The notes: generated by a model from the letters alone, not told the origin. A stretch of 64,000 bases of DNA from an uncultured Dehalococcoidia bacterium (GCA_964502995.1 CAZCZB010000005.1:39540-103539), one strand, 5' to 3'. Positions 8,100-17,165 are shown, numbered from the stretch's first letter. Translations and numbers: made by a program.

Positions 8100-9242
8100 C
8101 TACCCGAGCAGCCGGTTCAGACCGGAATGCCGCGCCGGGTCCAGGTCGCGCCCCGCCAACGCGGGATGGTCGGGGCCGTAGCGGTGGCACCGGAAGGTGG
8201 CGTTGGTGTATTCCATGCCGCCCGCGCCGCCGGCCGCATCGCTGTGCATGAAGAACGGGTTGATGTACTCCCAGACCACCTCGCCCCGGGGCGTTACTTC
8301 GAACATTCGGCCCGGCGCGCCCTCGCATATCAGAGTGTTGCCATTGGGCTGACGCTCCGCGCTGCTGATGTTGTAGCTGTAGAAGGAAATCGCCGGCTCG
8401 CCCCGGTACTGCCAGTGGATCTCGTTGGTGGCCGGGTCAACCTCAACGATGCGCGAGTGGCTGGCGCCTCTCCGGTGGCCGCCGTTGTCGAATATCAGCA
8501 CGCGCCCGTTTTCCTGCCAGGTGGGATGATGCTGGTGGTAAATCTCGCCCGGCCCCCACTTCCACTTGAACGCTCCGGATTGCCGGTCAACAATGCCCAC
8601 CGTGCTGGTCAGCCGGTAGCTCACCAGCAGGTCGCCATTCGGCGTCACGTTCAGGCAGTTCTGATGGGTCCATTCCCGCCGGGCCTCCAACGGGCAGATC
8701 ACGTCCTCCGCCACGTCGAGATGCTCCCAGGAACGCCACTCCCAGACGGTGTTGCCGTCCGGCGTTACTTCCCGCACCACGTCGCCCAGCATACCGGGAG
8801 CGAAATCAACGTCGAAACCACCCTGCACCTGGGCTTCCAGACCGTCGGGCAGCGGCTCCCACAGCAGCAGCAGCGTGTTGCCGTTGTCCAACCGCTCATA
8901 GTCGTGATGCAGCGTGGGGTCGCGGTACGACCAAACCACGTTGCTGTCCCAGTCCAGCTCGATGATGCTGGCGGACGAGCCGCCCACAGTCTCGATGCCG
9001 CCGGCGTCCCTGGGCGGCATGGTGCGGCAGAGCAGGTTGCCGTTGTCCAGCAGATAGGAGTAGTGGATGCCCTCCTCGGAATGCCAACGATGGACAACGT
9101 TGCCGTGCATATCGATCAGGTAGGCGTCCTTGCCGCCGCGAGTGGTGGAAAACAGCGTATATCCCAGTTGGCACGCCGTCGGTGTGTAGTGGATCAACCC
9201 CACCGGATGATGAATCGACCAACCCATTGCAACCCCCTCCAA
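8100..9242 (-). CDS. Arylsulfotransferase (ASST)-like beta-propeller protein
   Basis: Repeated blades of the form DNGN(L/T)L...(V/I)VWE(Y/W), plus HHDYERLDNGN and HQHHPTWQENG, as in ASST/Arylsulfotran_2 proteins. The start could also be the Met at 9227. Confidence 0.55.
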   Translation of the reverse strand: MEGVAMGWSIHHPVGLIHYTPTACQLGYTLFSTTRGGKDAYLIDMHGNVVHRWHSEEGIHYSYLLDNGNLLCRTMPPRDAGGIETVGGSSASIIELDWDSNVVWSYRDPTLHHDYERLDNGNTLLLLWEPLPDGLEAQVQGGFDVDFAPGMLGDVVREVTPDGNTVWEWRSWEHLDVAEDVICPLEARREWTHQNCLNVTPNGDLLVSYRLTSTVGIVDRQSGAFKWKWGPGEIYHQHHPTWQENGRVLIFDNGGHRRGASHSRIVEVDPATNEIHWQYRGEPAISFYSYNISSAERQPNGNTLICEGAPGRMFEVTPRGEVVWEYINPFFMHSDAAGGAGGMEYTNATFRCHRYGPDHPALAGRDLDPARHSGLNRLLG

Positions 9243-9340
9243 TCACAAAGTTGGCGGATTATAGCAGGGGCGCATCGCATTCCGTTTTCGGTTCGACCCG
9301 CACCGGGGAGCGAACCGGCCGTTCACCCATACCTGCAATC

Positions 9341-10276
9341 TTGCTCCGCTTTGGCTGGCCGTTTGGTATCCTGCCCGCTGTGTGGATTTTGCTTGCCATC
9401 TGCAGCGCGGCCTCGCTGGGCTTCGCCAACATTGCGCACAAGCGGCTGTTGGACAACTACCTGGCCGGCGTCAGCGTCCTGGGCGCCGGCTCGATTCTGA
9501 CCCGCCTCACGTCGGCGGCCATCGTGTTGGCGGTGGTGGGATGGCCCACGGAAGCGCCGTTGCAGGCGGTAGCCGTCGGATTGCTGTCGGGAATCAGCCT
9601 GGGCGCCGGCCTGCTCCTGTTGTTCCTGGGACTGAAACTGGGCGAGGCGTCCCGGGCCGTCGCCATCAGCCAGACCAATCCCATACTGGTGGCCATCCTG
9701 GCCCTGGTGGCGCTGGGCGAACACGTGGGCCCCTGGCAGTGGACGGCCATCGCGCTGGTGGTTCTGGGAGCCATCCTGGTATCGGTCGAAGGCCTGGGCC
9801 GCCGCCTGTTCCGGTTGACGCCGGGGTTGACGGCGTTGGTGGGCAGTTCCGTCGGGCTGGGCATGTCCTTTTTCCTGTCCAAACTGGTTCTGCAAGACCT
9901 GACGCCGTGGGAAGTTTTCGCCATGCAGGAACTGGGCATGGTGCCGGTGTTCGCGGTGTTCGGGCACCCGACGAACTGGCGCAAGTTGTACCGGGGCCTG
10001 CGTTCGTGGTCCGCGCTGACCACGTTCGTGGTGGGTGAGGGGATATTGCCCCAGTTGGCGATCCTGCTGTTCGTCTGGTCGTTTGCCTTTGGCCCGGTAT
10101 CCCTGGCGTCGGCCGTACTGGCGACGCGGCCCATGTTCGTGTTCGTGGCGGGATCGCTGTTGAGTTGGCGGCGGCTGGGCCTGCTGCAGGAGTCGCTGGG
10201 AACTCAGGCGCTGGCGGCCAAATTCATTGCCATTGTCATGATCGTGGCCGGCACAATTCTGCTGGCGGCGCTCTGA
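9341..10276 (+). CDS. EamA/DMT-family transporter
   Basis: About 10 hydrophobic helices in two halves. The ORF opens at 9182, and a TTG at 9341 directly precedes the first helix. Confidence 0.55.
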   Translation: MLRFGWPFGILPAVWILLAICSAASLGFANIAHKRLLDNYLAGVSVLGAGSILTRLTSAAIVLAVVGWPTEAPLQAVAVGLLSGISLGAGLLLLFLGLKLGEASRAVAISQTNPILVAILALVALGEHVGPWQWTAIALVVLGAILVSVEGLGRRLFRLTPGLTALVGSSVGLGMSFFLSKLVLQDLTPWEVFAMQELGMVPVFAVFGHPTNWRKLYRGLRSWSALTTFVVGEGILPQLAILLFVWSFAFGPVSLASAVLATRPMFVFVAGSLLSWRRLGLLQESLGTQALAAKFIAIVMIVAGTILLAAL

Positions 10277-10398
10277 AACGGACGCAACGCGCGGATCCCG
10301 GTACCGGGCAGGACGCGCCGGCCATCGCCGCGGCGGGACTGAAGCAAGCCCCGCCCACCGGTCGCGGCGCTTGCGTAATCACCTACTGATCAGAAGTT

Positions 10399-10422
10399 GG
10401 GGGCGAATAATCATTCGCCCCC
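10399..10422. repeat. REP family A copy
   Basis: gggggcgaataatcattcgccccc. Confidence 0.8.
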
Positions 10423-10453
10423 GGTTGTGCAGTCCTGTGAATGTGGCCCGGGG

Positions 10454-10966
10454 CTAACCTTCCGGCGCCTCGTGGGACCAGGTGAAACCCTGGTCGGGCT
10501 CGTCGATCAGCCTCCACTGGGGCAGCTTGATGTCGCCTTCGACCGGCTGGAAAGCGACCTCTACCCTCTTGCCGATGCCGACGTTCGCCTCCTTCTCCAT
10601 ATTGAAGTCGGCATCCACCAGGTTTCCGGTGATGCGCAGTCCGTCGAACTCGGTGGGCTGCCCACGCTGCTCGTCCAGTTCCACCAGCACGATGGCGAAG
10701 GGCGTGAGATCGCGGAAGCTGGGGATAACGGTGTGGGCCACCACCTGGTATGAGTAGATGGTGCCCTTGCCCGACACCTGCTGCCACTCCCAGTTGATGG
10801 ACGTACACCACGGACACGCCGGCCCCGGCTCGCCGCGCAGCAGCCCGCAGTCGGCGCACTTCTTGACCACCAGGCGACCCTCGCCGGCGGCCTCAAAGTA
10901 TCCCTTGTACTCGGAATCGTTCTCGGGGATGCTCAGTGTGATGCCCCGGTAGTTGTAATTTGCCAT
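10454..10966 (-). CDS. Zn-ribbon/OB-fold protein (DUF35 family), partner of an SCP2-type thiolase
   Basis: Contains CADCG...CPWC followed by OB-fold sequence. An ATG at 10966 is preceded by GGAGAA. It lies downstream of the thiolase-like gene, the usual arrangement. Confidence 0.75.
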   Translation of the reverse strand: MANYNYRGITLSIPENDSEYKGYFEAAGEGRLVVKKCADCGLLRGEPGPACPWCTSINWEWQQVSGKGTIYSYQVVAHTVIPSFRDLTPFAIVLVELDEQRGQPTEFDGLRITGNLVDADFNMEKEANVGIGKRVEVAFQPVEGDIKLPQWRLIDEPDQGFTWSHEAPEG

Positions 10967-10984
10967 TTGTGGTTCTCCAACCCT

Positions 10985-11059
10985 CCCGCTCGTCCTGAGC
11001 CTGTCGAAGGACATCTCAGTCACACTGGATCATGGTTCGACAGGCTCACCATGAGCGGG
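10985..11059. repeat. REP family C hairpin element
   Basis: The arms are cccgctcgtcctgagcctgtcgaa and ttcgacaggctcaccatgagcggg. Related copies lie at 34148, 45843 and in the core of the 47339-47528 element. Confidence 0.8.
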
Positions 11060-11089
11060 CTGTAATGATCTTTGCAATCTCCACGGCGT

Positions 11090-12319
11090 CTAGTTGAGCA
11101 CGTTGCCCATGATGAGCGAACTGCCGACGGCCGGCGTGCCCCAACCCATGTTCATGCTGATCCTGGCGTCCCGCACCTGCCGGCAGCCGCCCTCGTTGTA
11201 GTCGTAAGAGTGGTCGCCTTCCAGCGCGCCGGGGCAATAGTCGTCAACGGTGCCGCGCAGTTGCCGCACGTTCTCGATGACCATGTTCATGCCGTGGGTG
11301 TAGCCCTCGCACAGGTGGCCGCCGCTCAGGTTGTTGGGACGCTTGCCGCCCAGGTTGATAATGCCGCTGGTAACGTAGTCCTTGCCCTCGCCCTTCTCGC
11401 ACCAGCCATAGTCCTCGAACTGCAGCAATACGGTGTAGGTGAAGGCGTCGTAGCATCCGGTGATGTCCACGTCTTCGTGCTTCACGCCGGCCAGTTCAAA
11501 GACGCGGGGGCCAACGTAGTGACCGGCCACGCGGGTGATGGGACCGTGCTGGTAGTGGAAATCGCCGCCGGGCTTGGTGCCGCGACCCTGCACGCCCTTG
11601 ATGTAGATGGGCTTGTGCTTGAGGTCCCTGGCCCGCTCGGCGGAGGTGACGATCACACAGGTGGCGTTATCGGTCTCAAGGCAGCAGTCCAGCAGGTGCG
11701 CCACCGGGCGGATGATCCAGCGCGAGTTCATCACGTCGTCCACGGTGACCCGGTGCTTCATCAGCGCCTTGGGGTTGTTGGAGGCATGATTCGAGTGTGC
11801 GACCTTGATGGCAGCCAGGTCCTCGCTCTTCACGCCATACTCGGCCATGTGGCGGGTGAACGTGTACGAGAACTGCTGCACCGCGCTGATCAGGCCATAG
11901 GGGCGCTTCATCAGGTCCAGCCCGCCGATGGGAGCGGATGCCCGCGCGCCGGTGCCGCCGATGCGCACGTTGGAGTAGCCGTTCATGGAGCGGAAGATGG
12001 CGACCACGTCGCACATGCCCGCCTCGATCGCGCCGATGGCCAGGCCGACCAGCGCCTCGGTGGACGAGCCTCCCCCGGAGCAGTCCATGTAGAAGTTGGG
12101 GCGGATGCCCAGGTCGTACTGGATGGACGTGGAGGGTGTGGAGTCACCGCCGTGGTAACTGAGCATCCCGTCCACCTGGTCGGGAGTCAGGCCGGCGTCA
12201 TTCATGGCATTGCGGATGGCCTCTGCGCCCAATGCGCGGGTGGTTCGGCCGGAGGCGCGGCTGTACTCGGTCTCGCCGACGCCTACGATGCAGTATTTGT
12301 CTCGCGGGTTACCCGCCAT
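11090..12319 (-). CDS. Thiolase-like (SCP2/lipid-transfer type) acetyl-CoA C-acyltransferase
   Basis: Contains MAGNPRDKYCIVGVGETEYSR... and a DCSGGGSS Cys region. An ATG at 12319 is preceded by GGAGGG. It is paired with a DUF35 gene. Confidence 0.8.
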   Translation of the reverse strand: MAGNPRDKYCIVGVGETEYSRASGRTTRALGAEAIRNAMNDAGLTPDQVDGMLSYHGGDSTPSTSIQYDLGIRPNFYMDCSGGGSSTEALVGLAIGAIEAGMCDVVAIFRSMNGYSNVRIGGTGARASAPIGGLDLMKRPYGLISAVQQFSYTFTRHMAEYGVKSEDLAAIKVAHSNHASNNPKALMKHRVTVDDVMNSRWIIRPVAHLLDCCLETDNATCVIVTSAERARDLKHKPIYIKGVQGRGTKPGGDFHYQHGPITRVAGHYVGPRVFELAGVKHEDVDITGCYDAFTYTVLLQFEDYGWCEKGEGKDYVTSGIINLGGKRPNNLSGGHLCEGYTHGMNMVIENVRQLRGTVDDYCPGALEGDHSYDYNEGGCRQVRDARISMNMGWGTPAVGSSLIMGNVLN

Positions 12320-12408
12320 ATCGTTCCCTCCGATTGGTGGTTCTGGAATCGAGCGCCGGCGCATCCGCCCGGCCCCGTGAGGCACGCTAACACGGGCAGA
12401 ACAGGGAT

Positions 12409-13179
12409 TCAAGCGGTATCCCGTTCGTCAAACTCCTCCGGCTCTCCGGCGTCGGGCGGCGTCACAACCACAACCTCAACGCCCTTGTCTTCAGCCAATT
12501 GACGATATGCGGGAGATACAGAGTAACCGGCAACCACTGCCATGGTGGCATGGCTGGTCAGCTTTTCCAACAACCGCGCCCGGTCTGCGGCGCGCATGAT
12601 GTCCCGTTCACCAATTCCTGAGGATACTTCCACCGCTAACCGGGTTTCCTGACGCGTATCCCGGTCAATGCCGCGCACTGCCACGTCGAGGGCCATCAAA
12701 GATCTCCGGTCGCTATCGGTAAAGAAACCGGCGTCGATGGCATCGTCGATCTGGTCGGCCAGGACTGATTTATCAATCACCCGAATACGCCGGAGCAGGT
12801 GGCCGAAAAGGCCGGCAGCGTTGTCCCGGAATCTACGCTCGGCTTCGTCGCCAAGCAGCCGATTCCGATGTCTCTCGTGACGCTCCAACCGGTGGTCAAT
12901 GCGTCTCAGCCAATTGGTATGCTCCTCCAGAAGCTTGGTATGCCCTTCCAGAAGCTTGGTATGCTCCTCCAGAAGCTTGGTATGCCCTTCCAGAAGCCGG
13001 CTGTGGTTTTCCAGCGTAACAGCCTGCGCCTGCACTCCCGCTATCAGCGCGCGGACCTGGGCCGGCATCTGCCGGAACTCCTCGTCCAGGATCTGCTGCC
13101 GCAATCGCTCCCGGTATTCCGGGTTTCGCTCCAACAGAGCCATCAGATCGTCGAAAGTGATGATTTCCTCGGTGGCCAT
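12409..13179 (-). CDS. Coiled-coil protein with a C-terminal restriction-endonuclease-like (D...ExS) module; function unknown
   Basis: Heptad repeats LLEGHTK/LLEEHTK occur four times. The C-terminus ALDVAVRG...RLAVEVSSGIGERDI...AVVAG resembles a family of repeated paralogues in Thermus, Chloroflexi and cyanobacteria (from memory only). Confidence 0.4.
   Translation of the reverse strand: MATEEIITFDDLMALLERNPEYRERLRQQILDEEFRQMPAQVRALIAGVQAQAVTLENHSRLLEGHTKLLEEHTKLLEGHTKLLEEHTNWLRRIDHRLERHERHRNRLLGDEAERRFRDNAAGLFGHLLRRIRVIDKSVLADQIDDAIDAGFFTDSDRRSLMALDVAVRGIDRDTRQETRLAVEVSSGIGERDIMRAADRARLLEKLTSHATMAVVAGYSVSPAYRQLAEDKGVEVVVVTPPDAGEPEEFDERDTA
12916..12999. repeat. Four tandem 21-bp units inside the CDS, encoding the heptads
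   Basis: ggtatgctcctccagaagctt alternates with ggtatgcccttccagaagctt. Confidence 0.9.
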
Positions 13180-13209
13180 GCTGACGTTTCCCTGCGTCCG
13201 TTTAAACTA

Positions 13210-14226
13210 TCAGGTATAAACCACCTGCATGGCCTGCCGGACGTTATCCATGGTTTCCTGGGCGATGGCCCGCTCGCGCTCGGTGCCTGCTTTCAGGACG
13301 TCGCGCACGTAGTCGGGGTGTTCCTCGTACCAGGCCCGCCGCTCGCGGATCGGTTCCAGGAAACGGTTGATGGCGGCGGTGAGTGTGTCCTTCACCTCTC
13401 CGTCGCTGACCGTGCCGGCGGTGTATCGTTCCTTCAGTTCCGCCACCTCGTCCTGGTTGTCGTTGAAGGCGTCGTGGTACAGGAACGCCGGGTTGTATTC
13501 CACCACGCCGGGATCGGTGGCGCGGAGCCTGGGGTTTTCGCCGGTAATGTCGGACACCATGCGCCGCACCCGTCGCTGCACCGTTTCGGGGTCGTCGGCC
13601 AGGTAGATGGTGTTGTTCAGGCTCTTGCTCATCTTGGCCTGTCCGTCGGTTCCGACGAGACGGGGCACCCGGCCAACGCGGGCGCGCGGAACCGGAAACA
13701 CCTCGCCGTACAGCCGGTTGAACCGACGGGCGACGTTCCGCGTGTACTCGATATGCGGCACCTGGTCCTCGCCCACCGGCACCAGGTGCGCCTTGGGCAG
13801 CAGAATGTCCGCCGCCTGGCTGATGGGGTAGTTGAAGAACCCCAGGGTGATGGACTGGTTTTCGGACTCAAGCTGTTCCGTTTCCGCGCGCAGGGTCGGA
13901 TTCTTCTGGTGCTGGTTGAGCGGCATCAGCATCGAGAAGTACATGGTCAGTTCGGCGTGTTCGGGCACGTAACTCTGGATGACGAAGGCCGATTTCTCAG
14001 GGTCCAGACCCACGGCCAGCCAGTCGGTGGCGACCTCAATCACCGAGCGCTGGATCAGGCCGATGTCGTCCAGATGGTCGCCCATGGCCTGGTAGTCTGC
14101 AATCAGAAAGAAGCACTCGTACTCGTTTTCCAACTGGAGCCAGTTCTCCAGCGCGCCGAGATAGTGCCCAAGATGCAGTTGCCCGGTGGGGCGCATGCCG
14201 GTGAGAATGCGTTGCTGGTCAGCCAT
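13210..14226 (-). CDS. trpS: Tryptophan--tRNA ligase
   Basis: Carries TGMRPTGQLHLGHYLGAL (HIGH-type), GEDQ and KMSKS. The length is 338 aa. Confidence 0.95.
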   Translation of the reverse strand: MADQQRILTGMRPTGQLHLGHYLGALENWLQLENEYECFFLIADYQAMGDHLDDIGLIQRSVIEVATDWLAVGLDPEKSAFVIQSYVPEHAELTMYFSMLMPLNQHQKNPTLRAETEQLESENQSITLGFFNYPISQAADILLPKAHLVPVGEDQVPHIEYTRNVARRFNRLYGEVFPVPRARVGRVPRLVGTDGQAKMSKSLNNTIYLADDPETVQRRVRRMVSDITGENPRLRATDPGVVEYNPAFLYHDAFNDNQDEVAELKERYTAGTVSDGEVKDTLTAAINRFLEPIRERRAWYEEHPDYVRDVLKAGTERERAIAQETMDNVRQAMQVVYT

Positions 14227-14268
14227 GTTCCGGAACCCTCACTAATAGTCCAATCAAATTTGAGATTG

Positions 14269-14466
14269 CTACGACGACAACCTGAAAGCCACAGAAAGCA
14301 GAATTCCGGCGATCCCGAGCCAGAACCAGGAAACGGTTCGATACAAAACCTTCAGGAAAAACCTCGATGTGTTGATGGCTTCGGTTCGTTCTGCCAACTC
14401 GTGAAACACTGCTCCCGCGAATCCAATTCCCACTACGAAAACGACATAGACCAGCGCCACGCTCAC
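14269..14466 (-). CDS. Small two-helix membrane protein (hypothetical)
   Basis: The GTG start overlaps the stop of the upstream small ORF (GTGA at 14463-14466). The sequence is VSVALVYVVFVVGIGFAGAV...WFWLGIAGILLSVAF. Confidence 0.35.
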   Translation of the reverse strand: MSVALVYVVFVVGIGFAGAVFHELAERTEAINTSRFFLKVLYRTVSWFWLGIAGILLSVAFRLSS

Positions 14467-14630
14467 GTAACGCTGCCTTGTCGCCAATGAAGCCAGGTTG
14501 CAATTACGGCAGCTGCGACACCCACCAATATGATTGCGCCAATCGGCGCCAACCACTGATATTGGTACTCGCAAGCAGATACCGTATATGGTGGCGCGGT
14601 GCAGATATGGTTCAGGAAAAACTCCTTCAT
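14463..14630 (-). CDS. Small one-helix membrane protein (hypothetical)
   Basis: An ATG at 14630 is preceded by AAGGAGG. The sequence is MKEFFLNHICTAPPYTVSACEYQYQWLAPIGAIILVGVAAAVIATWL. Confidence 0.45.
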   Translation of the reverse strand: MKEFFLNHICTAPPYTVSACEYQYQWLAPIGAIILVGVAAAVIATWLHWRQGSVT

Positions 14631-14860
14631 GTGGGTTCCTCCTTCGCTGGCAGTCTGGCCAATGCACACACCCGGCTAAAGGTGTCAGCGTCAGGCCTGC
14701 CGCGTGATTGATGATGGGTTGCCAGATATTTTAGCAGTTTGTCAGTTGCAGTTGCCTTACGCTCACCCGCAGCAATTCTGTCGAACGGTGCGGCATTGCA
14801 GCGTCGTGCGCCCTCTCAATACCGGGGCGCAGACGCAGCCGATGAAGCGTGCTGTTGCCA

Positions 14861-17122
14861 TTAATCTTCTTCGCCGATGGTTCCCGCCAGGGCTCTGGCC
14901 CGTCGTATTGCCGCATCCGGCAGGGATTCTCGCGCCTGCTGGCGGAGCTTCAAATGTTCGAGGATATTGTCCGTGGCCGCAGCTTTGCACTCGCCGCACG
15001 TCAGTTTCCCGGAGCGGCATCGTTCCTGAAGCTCGGTGTACGCCCCCGGCTCCAAAGTGGCGTGAAAAGCGTGCAGGCTCGACACGCTGCATACTCGCGG
15101 GTCGGGATTTCCTCCCAGTTCCCGCTGTTCCGTCAGCGTCTGCCGACCGCCCGTGTACGCCCTCAAAATACGTCGCCGAACGTCCTCGGTCGTGTCGTTG
15201 TAGGCGATACGTCCCTGGGGCACCGCATTGGTCATCACGTCCACCGCGCTTCCCGTGCTCGGATCGTCGTAGGTGGTCAGGCCGCGCATTGGTCGCAGGT
15301 ACAGCGCAGACGGCTTGATGAATCCGAACTTCTCGGCAATGTTTCGCGCCATGCGCACGTACACGTCGCCGCCAATGCTGTCGATGACCAACGTGCGGCA
15401 GGGCCCCGCCATTTCCGGCTGCTGGACGTGCAAAATCGAGGCCAGCCGCAGCAGGGGCAGGAAGGTATCGGTCACGCTGGTACTCAACCGCAATCCCAAC
15501 GCGGAGTTCAACGTGCTCAATGGAATGGCCTCGCCCAACTTGAACGCGGTCTCCACCACCGCGGGGCGTTCCAGTTCCATGTTTGCGTCCGTCTGATGCA
15601 AGTCCAGGCCCGCCGCCGCCAAGGTCAACAGCCGCTCAGTCGCGTTCGCCCGGGCGGTTTCGCGCGAATTCGGATCGCCGTGGAAACCAAGCGAAACCTC
15701 GGCGCCCAATGAGTTAAAGTACAGCAGCAGGTTCCCCAGGGCCATTTCTCCCAGGTGCATCGGTCCTTCCGTGGACATGGTTGCTATCACTTTGCACCGT
15801 TGGCCGTCCTCCAACGCCTGCATGAAGAGGTCAGCGTCCCGGCTGCCCACAACCTGCCCGGTCAGAATGTAGGGATGCGGCTCCTCGAACCATTGCGCAA
15901 ACCTGCTTTGCTGCTCAGGGTAGGCCTCGTTGAGTCCGGTGACCCGCAGTTCTTTGATCAGTTCATTCTCGCGGGCCAGTGGTTGGTCGCCGGTACGCAC
16001 CACCAGCGACGGGATGGCCATGTCGGCCTCCTCGGTGCGCGTCTCCGGTGAATCGGCGTCGAGAATCTGGCCGTGCAGTCGGATCAGGCGTTGGGCGATG
16101 TCGTTTAGCGTGCGCTCCTGCACCTCGCGGGCGTTGGACAACAGCAGACGAGCGATGTCCTCGGCGGTTTCCGCCGACAGGCCCAACTGCCTCGCCTTGC
16201 GCCTCGCGCCGATGAAAAGGTTTTCCTCCACGGCGGGCTTGTGGATGGTGTCGCTCTCCAGGTACTTTTCGGCCGCCACGTTGCGAGATGCCTCGATGCG
16301 GTCGTGGGTCAACTCCAGGATGCGCTCGTGGCTGCCCGCGATGATGGCGCGCTGCTGTCCCCGGTACTCAGCGTAGGGAAGGCCTCCACCCGGCATCTGA
16401 GAACGGACCAGCGCAGGATCTTCGCCCTCCAGCAGTCGCTCCACGCCGCGCCGCAGGGTTGCGATCTCCGACAGGCGGCGCCAGTCAGGAGGAACCAGCG
16501 CGCCCGGTTGGCTGTCCAGCCACTGTGCCAGCCTGGGCATCCGCTCGTCATACATTGCTCGCGCCGCCGGTAATTCCAGCCGTTCGCGCATATCCAGCGC
16601 GGGCGCGAGGCACTGCATGCGGTACGCGGCCAGATGGTTCTCGCGGGCCCGTCCGGGCGAGGGAACTTCCTTGATGCGGTCGGAGTGGTGTTCCACGGTG
16701 GTCAGGTCAAGGAGCGCCGCGTGCCAAAGACACCTCGCGTTCGCGTCATCGGTGGAACCGTCCCACGCGCCCGATACCGCGGCGCGCACCGATGCGACAA
16801 AAGCATCGGGCGCCCCCGACCCGCGCAGCCAGGCTTCGGCAATGGCCGCCGATGTGTCGGCGCGGCGCGGGTCGTCGGGTGAACCTGCCAGGTAAAACAG
16901 GGCGGCAGCGTTGACTGCGGAGAAATCCACCGCCGCGTCACCGGCTTCGGCCAGTTCACCGGCGGTGGCGGCGATTCTGCGGGCCGCCGGCAATCCGTCG
17001 GCATCGCGATGGCTCGCGTAAATAGCCGGCAGCGAGTTGGCGAGCCGGTGGGCGTCAGGCGTGTACTGCTGGGCAGTGGTCATTGCCGGTATCAGAGCAA
17101 CGATAGATTCGGATTGCCACAT
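14861..17122 (-). CDS. Fusion protein: an unknown N-terminal domain of about 400 aa joined to a degenerate TrpRS-like class-I synthetase domain with a 4-Cys motif
   Basis: The C-terminal half aligns by eye to the neighbouring TrpS: ATMSTEGPMHLGEMALGNL vs TGMRPTGQLHLGHYLGAL, and ELQERCRSGKLTCGECK vs ELKERYTAGTVSDGEVK. GxDQ and KMSKS are absent. The start is either 17122 or 17083; the ORF is open to 17272, which would overlap the upstream gene. Confidence 0.6.
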   Translation of the reverse strand: MWQSESIVALIPAMTTAQQYTPDAHRLANSLPAIYASHRDADGLPAARRIAATAGELAEAGDAAVDFSAVNAAALFYLAGSPDDPRRADTSAAIAEAWLRGSGAPDAFVASVRAAVSGAWDGSTDDANARCLWHAALLDLTTVEHHSDRIKEVPSPGRARENHLAAYRMQCLAPALDMRERLELPAARAMYDERMPRLAQWLDSQPGALVPPDWRRLSEIATLRRGVERLLEGEDPALVRSQMPGGGLPYAEYRGQQRAIIAGSHERILELTHDRIEASRNVAAEKYLESDTIHKPAVEENLFIGARRKARQLGLSAETAEDIARLLLSNAREVQERTLNDIAQRLIRLHGQILDADSPETRTEEADMAIPSLVVRTGDQPLARENELIKELRVTGLNEAYPEQQSRFAQWFEEPHPYILTGQVVGSRDADLFMQALEDGQRCKVIATMSTEGPMHLGEMALGNLLLYFNSLGAEVSLGFHGDPNSRETARANATERLLTLAAAGLDLHQTDANMELERPAVVETAFKLGEAIPLSTLNSALGLRLSTSVTDTFLPLLRLASILHVQQPEMAGPCRTLVIDSIGGDVYVRMARNIAEKFGFIKPSALYLRPMRGLTTYDDPSTGSAVDVMTNAVPQGRIAYNDTTEDVRRRILRAYTGGRQTLTEQRELGGNPDPRVCSVSSLHAFHATLEPGAYTELQERCRSGKLTCGECKAAATDNILEHLKLRQQARESLPDAAIRRARALAGTIGEED

Positions 17123-17165
17123 AATACCAGCAATGTCGGCGGCGGGACGATGCCCGCTGTGCCAA

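Noticed and set aside
7950-9500. 516-aa ORF on the plus strand
   Set aside because: It is antisense to the ASST-like gene and begins inside REP elements. The sequence is Arg/Ala/Gly/His/Val-rich and low in complexity, with no motif. This is a typical high-GC shadow ORF.
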